Shown here: one piece after another, positions 57,126 to 64,000 of the stretch
Layout of the letters: every line of letters starts with the position of its first letter
Position numbering within the stretch: the stretch's first letter is position 1
Assembly: GCA_964503265.1 (NCBI GenBank)
Contig: CAZCYO010000002.1
Coordinates: forward strand, 258,604 to 322,603
Length of the DNA stretch: 64,000 nt
From: an uncultured Gammaproteobacteria bacterium
Lineage (GTDB): Bacteria > Patescibacteriota > Microgenomatia > Levybacterales > UBA12049
Direction of reading: 5' to 3'
Translations under genes and position numbers: made by a program
The notes under the pieces: model-generated
The model's database searches: none
Told to the model about the DNA's origin: nothing
What the model saw: the letters and a program-made list of their open reading frames with translations, nothing else

Positions 57126-57145
57126 AGAGGAAGTTTATTATAACA

Positions 57146-57569
57146 AAGCAAAGGGCATAGAGCAAAGGGCTAAGAGTTTCTTACAAGAGAATTTCTAAAT
57201 GCTCTTATTTTGCGTGAAAGTATATCTGCTTTGTCGTATAACTCTTTAAGTTGCGTCGAAGAAATGTAATCTTGTTCTTTTGCTAATTGTAAGTGAGAAA
57301 CAGACCGTATAAGGATTTAATTGCTATTTCGAGGTAATGAGCAAAGTCTTTCTTTGAGCTACTCCCCGATCCTTCGGCTATGTTTGCAGCAATAGAGGCA
57401 GCACATCTTCTTAATTGATCTGTTAACGAAAAAAGCTCTCTAGAGGGAAATCGTTCTGTTAATTTATAAATAAGTTTTGCAAATAGGATTGCATCTCTCC
57501 AAATTTCTAGTTCTTCAAACCGAAAAGCCATATTGAATACTCTATGCTCTAAGCCCTTTGCTCTATGCA
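57146..57569. mobile_element. Inverted-repeat-flanked cassette carrying four-helix-bundle gene, copy 3
   Basis: Left arm aagcaaagggcatagagcaaagggctaagag (57146-57176). Right arm ctctatgctctaagccctttgctctatgc (57540-57569) is its reverse complement. Confidence 0.55.
57283..57558 (-). CDS. Four-helix-bundle protein (23S rRNA IVS protein family), paralog 3
   Basis: MAFRFEELEIWRDAILFAKLIYKLTERFPSRELFSLTDQLRRCAASIAANIAEG... The N-terminal extension of the longer ORF is encoded by the IR arm and overlaps frr. Confidence 0.7.
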   Translation of the reverse strand, partial: KGLEHRVFNMAFRFEELEIWRDAILFAKLIYKLTERFPSRELFSLTDQLRRCAASIAANIAEGSGSSSKKDFAHYLEIAIKSLYGLFLTYN

Positions 57570-57577
57570 ATGACTCG

Positions 57578-58132
57578 CTAGATCGCGAGTAATTCCTCTT
57601 CTTTTTGCTTTCCCATTCCGTCAATCGTACTCATCATCGCATCAACTGTTTTCTGTACTTCTTTTTCAATTCGTTCTACTTCATCTTCTGAAATACCTTC
57701 AAGTTTTTTAATATGATCCATCGCATCGTGTCGAGCTTGACGCGTCATGACTCTTCCATTTTCCAGTTTATGATGCATGAGTTTGATCAGTTCCTCGCGA
57801 CGTTCCTGAGAAAGAGGCTGGATACTGATTCGAACGACACCGCTATCTACCACTGGAGTAAGTCCAGTATTTGCATCTTGGATCCCTTTTTGAACTTCGT
57901 TAATAATTGATTGGTCAAAAGGTGTAATGACGATAGTCTGAGCATCGAGTGTGCCGATCGTCGCCAGTTCCATAATACGCATTTTCGCTGAACCACCATA
58001 CACAGAAATCGTGAGATTTTCGACAAGTGACGGAGCCGCACGACCAGTACGAATAGTGCCTAAATCTGTTTTAAGAACTTCCATTACTCTTTGGATTTGT
58101 TGGGTAAGGTTTTGTAAAATTTGATTATCCAT
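57578..58132 (-). CDS. frr: Ribosome recycling factor
   Basis: Typical 184-aa RRF (RTGRAAPSLVENLTISVYG...). Confidence 0.95.
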   Translation of the reverse strand: MDNQILQNLTQQIQRVMEVLKTDLGTIRTGRAAPSLVENLTISVYGGSAKMRIMELATIGTLDAQTIVITPFDQSIINEVQKGIQDANTGLTPVVDSGVVRISIQPLSQERREELIKLMHHKLENGRVMTRQARHDAMDHIKKLEGISEDEVERIEKEVQKTVDAMMSTIDGMGKQKEEELLAI

Positions 58133-58140
58133 AACAATGT

Positions 58141-58851
58141 TTATTTATTCGATTTTACCACAATTGGAAGACCTGTGTCAGGAACTTCTTGGACGATTCT
58201 GGTTTGCTTATCTGATCCTTCAGTAAGACCTGAAAGTGTACTTAGTGACTCTCCCACTCGATTATCATGATAAAATGAACTTACCCTCATCGCCTGAGTT
58301 AGTTGACCTTCAAGAGTAATTGAGCCTTCATTTGCTTTAGCCCACTCTTGATAAGCTTCATTATCACCCAAATATTTCCACCCACCTCGTTCACGTTGTC
58401 CATTATCGTCGTATGTTGGTTCTCCGGCTGCAGTATATTCAATATGCATCTTGTTCGCTTCATCTCGGATTACTCGTATTCCGTTTGATACCATTGGTCC
58501 CATCGATCCAAGCATGGTGTCATTCCATTCTCGTGACGGTCGAGCATGATATCTGATAGTTAGTGCACTTCCACCATTACTTAATAACGCTAGTTCCATT
58601 TGAGTAGTCGGGTCACTCGCATTTCTATTCCCTGCCCCAGTACGAAGTCGTCGTGCAATATCATTCATCGGTTGATAAATACCCGCTTCAACATATTCGT
58701 GAAGTTCAGCCCTGAGGTTACTTGTTACTTCTGTTTCTCTTCTGAGCGTATCTATTTGTTGCTGTTTGTGTGGGGATAATTTAGGAGTTTCAATAGGTTT
58801 CTTTACCAAAGCAAGAATGTCCTTAAAATAATCTGAAGAAGATTCAACCAT
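58141..58851 (-). CDS. Hypothetical protein in the position normally occupied by pyrH
   Basis: 236-aa ORF between tsf and frr. Lacks UMP-kinase motifs. GC slightly above local average. Confidence 0.45.
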   Translation of the reverse strand: MVESSSDYFKDILALVKKPIETPKLSPHKQQQIDTLRRETEVTSNLRAELHEYVEAGIYQPMNDIARRLRTGAGNRNASDPTTQMELALLSNGGSALTIRYHARPSREWNDTMLGSMGPMVSNGIRVIRDEANKMHIEYTAAGEPTYDDNGQRERGGWKYLGDNEAYQEWAKANEGSITLEGQLTQAMRVSSFYHDNRVGESLSTLSGLTEGSDKQTRIVQEVPDTGLPIVVKSNK

Positions 58852-58858
58852 TGTAATA

Positions 58859-59317
58859 CTACTCGCCTAGTTCAAATCGTGTAAATCGTTTGACAGTGAT
58901 GTTTTCACCGAGTGTTCCGATAACTCCTTTGATAAGTTGTTCGATCGTGTGTGATGCATCACGGATATATTCTTGTTTTAATAGGTCTTCCACATTTTCA
59001 GGATTCATTGCAGAAATTTGCATAGAGATCTCTCGTGCTAATTTCTTAAAGTCTTCAGTTCGTGCGACGAAATCTGTTTCACAAAGCATCTCAACGAGTA
59101 CTCCAATACGATTATTATGAACATAACTATCGATCATTCCCTGTGATGTTTCACGATCTGACTTTTTCTCAGCTTTCATGATCGCGTTTTTCTTGATCCA
59201 CTCTGCTGCTTTATCGTAGTTATTATCGTTCTCTTCAAGTGCACGTCGACAATCAGCTATCGATGCTGCTGTTTCGTTTCGGAGTTTTTTAAGTAATGTG
59301 ATGTCTACTTGTGCCAT
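58859..59317 (-). CDS. tsf: Elongation factor Ts (short form)
   Basis: N-terminal UBA-like LLKKLRNETAASIADCRRAL, dimerisation core. Confidence 0.85.
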   Translation of the reverse strand: MAQVDITLLKKLRNETAASIADCRRALEENDNNYDKAAEWIKKNAIMKAEKKSDRETSQGMIDSYVHNNRIGVLVEMLCETDFVARTEDFKKLAREISMQISAMNPENVEDLLKQEYIRDASHTIEQLIKGVIGTLGENITVKRFTRFELGE

Positions 59318-59387
59318 GGTTATTTATATTGTATCAAGTATTTAGTAGTAAGTATTATGAATTCAAATACATAATACTTGATACCTA

Positions 59388-60311
59388 CTACTTACTACTT
59401 GCCTTGGTTGCTTTTTCTTTCGCTGCTTTATTTTCTGCTTTAAGAGATGCGAGTTTATCCTGGGTATCTTTTTCTTTCTTTGCTACTGCTGCTTTTTCTG
59501 CTGCTACTTTTTCAGCTTCTGCTTTTGCGACTACTGCTGCTGCTGCTTTTGCGACTTTTTCTACTTCATCTTGAACTTTCTTCGCTTGATCAGCTACTTC
59601 TTTTCCTGCTTGTGTTCGTCCTTCGATCCATGCGTCTACGATATGACTTAAAATAAGTTTGATTGAACCAAGTGCGTCATCGTTTGCTGGAATAGCATAG
59701 TTAATAACTGTAGGATCAGCGTTTGTATCTGTAATTCCAACTGTTTTAATACCTGTCGTAAGTGATTCTCGAACAGCGATATCTTCCTGGTGTGTATCGA
59801 TAATAAATACTGCATCTGGAACCTTGGTCATATCAGCAACTCCACCATAGAAAATTTCTAGTTTTGAGATCTCACGCTCAAAAAGTGCAATTTCTTTTTT
59901 TGTATATTTTGCTTTTTCTTCTTTACTTTCAAGGGTTTTTTTCAGCGTATGGAGTTTTTTGAAATTCTTCATAACTTCTGGGAAATTAGTTAAAAGCCCA
60001 CCAATCCAACGATTCGTTACATGAAACATACCTGCAGCTCCAGCGTCTGTAGCTCTCTTCATTTCTTCTCGAACTGCTCCTTGAGCCTGTTTTTTTGATC
60101 CGAGAACGATCATTGTGCCGCCTTTTTTAGCGATATCACGCACGAAAACAGCAGCTTCTTCTAAGCCTTCTTTCGTTTTTGCTAAATCGATGATATGAAC
60201 GTTATCGCGAGCTTCGAAAATATAGTCGCGTGCTTTGGGGTTGGAACGAGTAACCTGATGCCCAAAATGGCATCCTGCTTCAAGTAATTCTTCAAGTGTA
60301 ATTGTTCGCAT
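59388..60311 (-). CDS. rpsB: 30S ribosomal protein uS2 with about 90-aa Lys/Ala/Glu-rich C-terminal extension
   Basis: TLEELLEAGCHFGHQ start region. Tail AKKVQDEVEKVAKAAAAVVAKAEAEKVAAEKAAVAKKEKD... Confidence 0.9.
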   Translation of the reverse strand: MRTITLEELLEAGCHFGHQVTRSNPKARDYIFEARDNVHIIDLAKTKEGLEEAAVFVRDIAKKGGTMIVLGSKKQAQGAVREEMKRATDAGAAGMFHVTNRWIGGLLTNFPEVMKNFKKLHTLKKTLESKEEKAKYTKKEIALFEREISKLEIFYGGVADMTKVPDAVFIIDTHQEDIAVRESLTTGIKTVGITDTNADPTVINYAIPANDDALGSIKLILSHIVDAWIEGRTQAGKEVADQAKKVQDEVEKVAKAAAAVVAKAEAEKVAAEKAAVAKKEKDTQDKLASLKAENKAAKEKATKASSK

Positions 60312-60422
60312 ATGGTTGTGTCCTTTATTCCTCCATCTAACAGTTCCCAATTATTGGGCAAGGACATCAATTAGATGTGTGAGATAGTGAGTATTATAGC
60401 TAATTTATTAACGAAACGCAAT

Positions 60423-61862
60423 CTATCGTTTTCTCTTAAATTGAGCACCTGAATCAGCATACATCGTATCGTATTCTTTATGATTATAAAATCCGCGATT
60501 ATCCAACACTACGAGATCTTTTCCTTTCTCTCTTACAAGAGAATAAACCATTCTCATATTTCCCACAATATTTGGATTGGCTAAATGCAGTCCGGGCCTA
60601 TTTGCAGGACGAACGCTTAGCAATGAGACCTTAACTGGTTTATTATCACTTCCTCTGAGTAATCGTTCACTATTCAGTTTTTTTATTCCAGGATTATCTG
60701 GGCCTGGATATGGATTATCCCGAACACTCTGAGCAATATTAGTAAAATCATCGAATAGTCTCCCACCTTTTCCTCCTAGCGCATCTGCTCTGTCTCTAAT
60801 GAACTTTTCTTTTTGTGCTTCAGTTAATTCTTTTACTTTAAAAATTCTTCCTTTAAGGGTAAGTTCGTCATATATAACACCAAAGCCAGAAGGGCCATTT
60901 GGATCTTTCTCTTTTGCTGAGTCTTCTTTACTCCCTGTTTCAACTGGAGAATAAGCAGGTACGAGTAAAGCACTCTCAGTAGTATTATCTTCAGCCGAAT
61001 CAATACCTATTTCTTCTTCTCTTCCTACGTAATTAAAATAATCAACAGCATCCGCAACTTCTTGACCAAATTCTTGTCTAAACTCATCTGTTACTGGAAT
61101 CGCATCTTCCTGCTGGTGAGCTATCCGTTGAGCAGCAAGTCTTTCAGCAGCTTTTTCACGGTCTGCTTCTTCATGTTTCTGCCGGGTTTCTCTAAATTGC
61201 CTTTCAAGTAATGCATCTCGTTCTACTTTAAGTTCTTCTAGTTCTTCTGCCGCATCAAGTGCTTTTGTTTGAGCAGCATCAACGCCATTCCACCATCTAA
61301 CAGCTTTATTACCAAGTGCAAAATCAAAGACAATACCTTTCATTCCCTTACCCCACTTAGCTCTCAGTTCTTCAAGTTTTCCCTCTTTAGAAAAGTATTC
61401 TGCATGAAGTTTGTTTGCTCTTTGTCGTTGTTCAGCTATCTGTCTTTTTAGCTCAGCAATTTTGTCTTCGACTGACTCTGTGGGTTGTGTTATTTCAAGG
61501 TTTTGAATAAGTTCAGATGAAGCTGCTTGGACAGGTATTGCTTCACGTGGGAGAGCGTTTTCTTCCTCTCCATGAGATAGAGATGGATTTAATAACTCTG
61601 AACGGACCGTACTAAGTGTTTGTTCGTCATGTAACGCTGCTGGTGTACTACCAATAAAACTATCTGCACCAGATAATGGTTCTGTGACAGGTGATGGTCT
61701 TGTCGCCGCATCTAATCGTCGAAGATATTGAGCATGTTTTTGCTCTTTAATTTTTTGGTCTACAATTTTGCGCTGCTCTGGAGAAAGTCGTTCTTTTAAT
61801 GCTCCAATCTCACCATGACCACGAGGGTGGCGGTGTGGTTGTTCATCGTGGTTGATGCTCAT
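60423..61862 (-). CDS. Hypothetical coiled-coil protein (479 aa)
   Basis: ORF with central coiled-coil (ELKRQIAEQRQRANKLHAEYF...). No recognisable domain. Confidence 0.45.
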   Translation of the reverse strand: MSINHDEQPHRHPRGHGEIGALKERLSPEQRKIVDQKIKEQKHAQYLRRLDAATRPSPVTEPLSGADSFIGSTPAALHDEQTLSTVRSELLNPSLSHGEEENALPREAIPVQAASSELIQNLEITQPTESVEDKIAELKRQIAEQRQRANKLHAEYFSKEGKLEELRAKWGKGMKGIVFDFALGNKAVRWWNGVDAAQTKALDAAEELEELKVERDALLERQFRETRQKHEEADREKAAERLAAQRIAHQQEDAIPVTDEFRQEFGQEVADAVDYFNYVGREEEIGIDSAEDNTTESALLVPAYSPVETGSKEDSAKEKDPNGPSGFGVIYDELTLKGRIFKVKELTEAQKEKFIRDRADALGGKGGRLFDDFTNIAQSVRDNPYPGPDNPGIKKLNSERLLRGSDNKPVKVSLLSVRPANRPGLHLANPNIVGNMRMVYSLVREKGKDLVVLDNRGFYNHKEYDTMYADSGAQFKRKR

Positions 61863-61908
61863 ACTAGTTGGTTAGTTGAGTATATCGTTAGAATTACTAT
61901 ACGTCAAT

Positions 61909-63231
61909 TTATGGGAGTGGATACTGTGACATGAATATTTTTACTTCTTTTCCAAGAATAGCGAGTTTTTTATTTTTTCTGATTTTCTCTCTATATTCTT
62001 TCATTAATACTGTTCGTTGTTCTTTATCATCTGCTGGAATCATGCATCCATTTACTTCTTCAATCGCTTTATTAATCCAGTCAGCTACTTTTTTCATATC
62101 TTTTTCCTTAAGTCCACGTGTGGTGATCGCGGGTGTTCCAAGTCTAATTCCTGAAGCAAATAATGGTGGCATATCATCATATGGCACACCGTTATAATTT
62201 AATACCACTCCAGCTTTCTCCAGCGCAATCGCAGCCACTCTTCCATTCACTTGTTTATTCTTCAGATCAATAAGAAGTAAATGATTCTCAGTTCCCCCAC
62301 TAATAAGATTAAACCCATATTCATTTAAATGCTTTGCTAGTGCCACAGCATTCTTGACTATCTGCTCACTATATTTTTTAAAACTCGCTGTATCTGCTTC
62401 TTTAAGAGCCACAGCGATCGCTGCTGTCTGATTATCATGAGGTCCACCCTGAAGCCCTGGGATGATCGCACTATCTACTTTCTTCCCTAAATCTGGATCT
62501 TTGGCGAGTCCCTTTTCAGTTACCATGATGAGTGCACCGCGAGGTCCACGAAGTGTTTTATGTGTCGTCGTCGTCACTATATGGGCATATGGTACTGGGC
62601 TTGGATGGACTCCAGTTGCGACGAGGCCTGCGATATGTGAAATATCTGCCATGAGGAACGCTCCGACTTTATCTGCAATGTTACCGAACTTTTCAAAGTC
62701 AACAATTCGAGGATATGCAGTAAATCCACAAATAATGAGCTGTGGCTTTTCGCGCATAGCTTGTTCTTCAATCGCTTTAAAATCGAGTTTTCCATCTTTT
62801 CCAAGCGTATACTGAACAGCTTTAAAAAAAGTACTGGAGAATGTCTTCGCTGCACCATGTGTTAAATGTCCTCCAAATGAGATAGCAAGTCCCATGAGTT
62901 TATCTCCAGGTTTTAACATAGCGAGCTGTGCAGCACTGTTAGCTGGAGCTCCTGACAATGCCTGAACATTTACATAGGGCACACCAAACAATTTCTTCGC
63001 GCGCTCTTGCGCAAGTATCTCTACCGCATCAGCAAATTCGTTTCCCTGGTAGTATCTTTTTTTCGGATATCCTTCTGAGTATTTATTATTGAGCACACTG
63101 CCAAGTGCCTCAAGCACTGAGGAAGAAGTGTAGTTCTCTGACGGAATCATCTCAAGCACTTCTTTTTGCCGCTTCGTCTCTCCCTTTATAATGTCAAAAA
63201 CTTCTTTATCTGTTTGTTTTAAATGTCGCAT
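61909..63231 (-). CDS. glyA: Serine hydroxymethyltransferase
   Basis: PLP-lysine motif TTTTHKTLRGPRG, SHMT signature. Confidence 0.95.
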   Translation of the reverse strand: MRHLKQTDKEVFDIIKGETKRQKEVLEMIPSENYTSSSVLEALGSVLNNKYSEGYPKKRYYQGNEFADAVEILAQERAKKLFGVPYVNVQALSGAPANSAAQLAMLKPGDKLMGLAISFGGHLTHGAAKTFSSTFFKAVQYTLGKDGKLDFKAIEEQAMREKPQLIICGFTAYPRIVDFEKFGNIADKVGAFLMADISHIAGLVATGVHPSPVPYAHIVTTTTHKTLRGPRGALIMVTEKGLAKDPDLGKKVDSAIIPGLQGGPHDNQTAAIAVALKEADTASFKKYSEQIVKNAVALAKHLNEYGFNLISGGTENHLLLIDLKNKQVNGRVAAIALEKAGVVLNYNGVPYDDMPPLFASGIRLGTPAITTRGLKEKDMKKVADWINKAIEEVNGCMIPADDKEQRTVLMKEYREKIRKNKKLAILGKEVKIFMSQYPLP

Positions 63232-63269
63232 GTTGGGATTACTATAATAGCTATTAATGCTATTTGCAA

Positions 63270-63758
63270 CTACTCTTTTTCAAGCGTTAGAAAGGTGTAC
63301 TGTTTCTCGCTAGACTGACCAGCTGTTTCAGCAATTTTTTTTGTGAATTTGTGATACTCCGGGAAAAATACGGAACTGTTGTGTGTTCCTTTCACCAGTG
63401 TCAGATATAAACGATCAACGATATCTACTGCTTCAGTAAAAATCTGTCCTCCTCCAATAATAAAAATTTCTTCTTGATCATGTTTGGACGCAAGAGCTAT
63501 AGCATCAGAAAGTGAATGTACTATTTCTGCTCCTTCAAGCACATATGATTCATCGCGCGTAATAATAATATTTACTCGCTTTGGAAGGAGTCGTCCGATT
63601 GATTCATATGTTTTTCTCCCCATAATAACTGGATGACCGGAGGTTATCTCTTTAAAATGTTTCAAATCTTCAGGGATATGCCAAGGAAGTGTATTTTCAC
63701 GCCCAATTCCCCGCTCATCATCTATCGCGACAATAATACTAATTCTTGGTTTGTTCAT
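63270..63758 (-). CDS. folA: Dihydrofolate reductase
   Basis: ISIIVAIDDERGIGRENTLPWHIPEDLKHFKEIT... DHFR signature. Confidence 0.9.
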   Translation of the reverse strand: MNKPRISIIVAIDDERGIGRENTLPWHIPEDLKHFKEITSGHPVIMGRKTYESIGRLLPKRVNIIITRDESYVLEGAEIVHSLSDAIALASKHDQEEIFIIGGGQIFTEAVDIVDRLYLTLVKGTHNSSVFFPEYHKFTKKIAETAGQSSEKQYTFLTLEKE

Positions 63759-63782
63759 ATATTTATATTATATTTTAAAATA

Positions 63783-63866
63783 TGTCATTCCCGCGAAGGT
63801 GACTATCCTCCGAAGGGGGACGGGAATCTATTGATAAGATCCCCGATCAAGCCGGGGATGACAATG
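63783..63866. repeat. MITE-like palindromic repeat, family B (intergenic copy)
   Basis: tgtcattcccgcgaaggtgactatcctccgaagggggacgggaatctattgataagatccccgatcaagccggggatgacaatg. Two internal hairpins (ATTCCCG/CGGGAAT, ATCCCCG/CGGGGAT). Confidence 0.7.
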
Positions 63867-63886
63867 AAAGCAAAATGCTTATACAG

Positions 63887-64000
63887 CAATCGGAGCTTTT
63901 ATTGATGGATGCGCTTCGTAGTTTTCAAGTGTAAAATCTTCAAACGTAAATTTGAAAATATCTTTCACCGTAGGATTTAATTTCATCGTTGGCATCGGTT
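63887..64000 (-). CDS. thyA: Thymidylate synthase, C-terminal end (partial, continues beyond window)
   Basis: Reverse translation ...[21 protein letters not shown] matches the canonical ThyA C-terminus (...YDPHPxIKAPVAV). Confidence 0.75.

Noticed and set aside
58141-58851. Calling this gene pyrH on the basis of synteny
   Set aside because: The translation lacks the UMP-kinase/amino-acid-kinase glycine-rich motifs. Left as hypothetical.
1-64000. CRISPR arrays, rRNA genes, integrases, transposases
   Set aside because: No regularly spaced direct repeats with unique spacers were found. There are no rRNA-like conserved stretches, and no ORF with tyrosine/serine recombinase or DDE transposase motifs. 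The repeat families are palindromic MITE-like elements without coding capacity.

Overview
This 64 kb window is almost entirely coding. It looks like a low-GC (about 33-38% GC), reduced-genome bacterium, possibly CPR/Patescibacteria- or Firmicutes-like (short tsf, rpsB with a Lys/Ala-rich tail, sortase, T-box leader). Most genes lie on the minus strand.

Recognisable housekeeping genes:
- Translation, replication and repair: partial thyA, folA, glyA, rpsB, tsf, frr, rseP, proS, rpsU, ybeY, dnaX, ybaB, prs, recR, cysS, lepB, trhO, greA.
- Oxidative pentose-phosphate module: zwf, gnd, pgl.
- Two-component pair, MFS transporters, DsbA, a PIF1/RecD-like helicase, an L,D-transpeptidase, a C39-like peptidase with TPR repeats, a ferric-reductase-like flavocytochrome, TspO, a sortase, FKBP, a class-A beta-lactamase-like hydrolase, NUDIX, HIT, DHH, CBS, a CAP domain protein and others.

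Features that stand out:
1. Four discrete high-GC (about 50-60%) patches sit in the low-GC backbone. The largest (about 34.06-38.30 kb, between recR and prs) is a tight three-gene minus-strand operon with canonical AGGAGG/GGAG ribosome-binding sites. It encodes an unknown protein with a Pro/Gln-rich linker, a 664-aa MutL/MORC-like GHKL ATPase with a long C-terminal extension and a basic tail, and a 258-aa basic protein. No integrase was found. It is bordered by an iteron-like direct-repeat array. This is the best candidate for an undescribed system, possibly a defence or conflict module.
2. Several families of MITE/REP-like palindromic repeats with TGTCAT...ATGACA termini are dispersed in intergenic spacers. 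One 85-bp copy sits in-frame inside an alkD-like DNA glycosylase gene, reminiscent of Rickettsia palindromic elements.
3. Three paralogous 'four-helix-bundle' (23S-rRNA intervening-sequence protein family) genes each sit inside its own cassette flanked by imperfect inverted repeats.
4. A tRNA-Ser-like gene (anticodon ACU, C55 in the T-loop) lies next to a high-GC LAGLIDADG-like gene, with two upstream partial duplications of its 5' end.
5. A T-box leader with an extended -10 promoter precedes proS.
6. A conserved roughly 55-nt leader motif precedes two exported-protein genes.
7. A hypothetical gene sits where pyrH normally lies in the rpsB-tsf-pyrH-frr cluster.

No CRISPR arrays, rRNA genes, transposases or integrases were seen.
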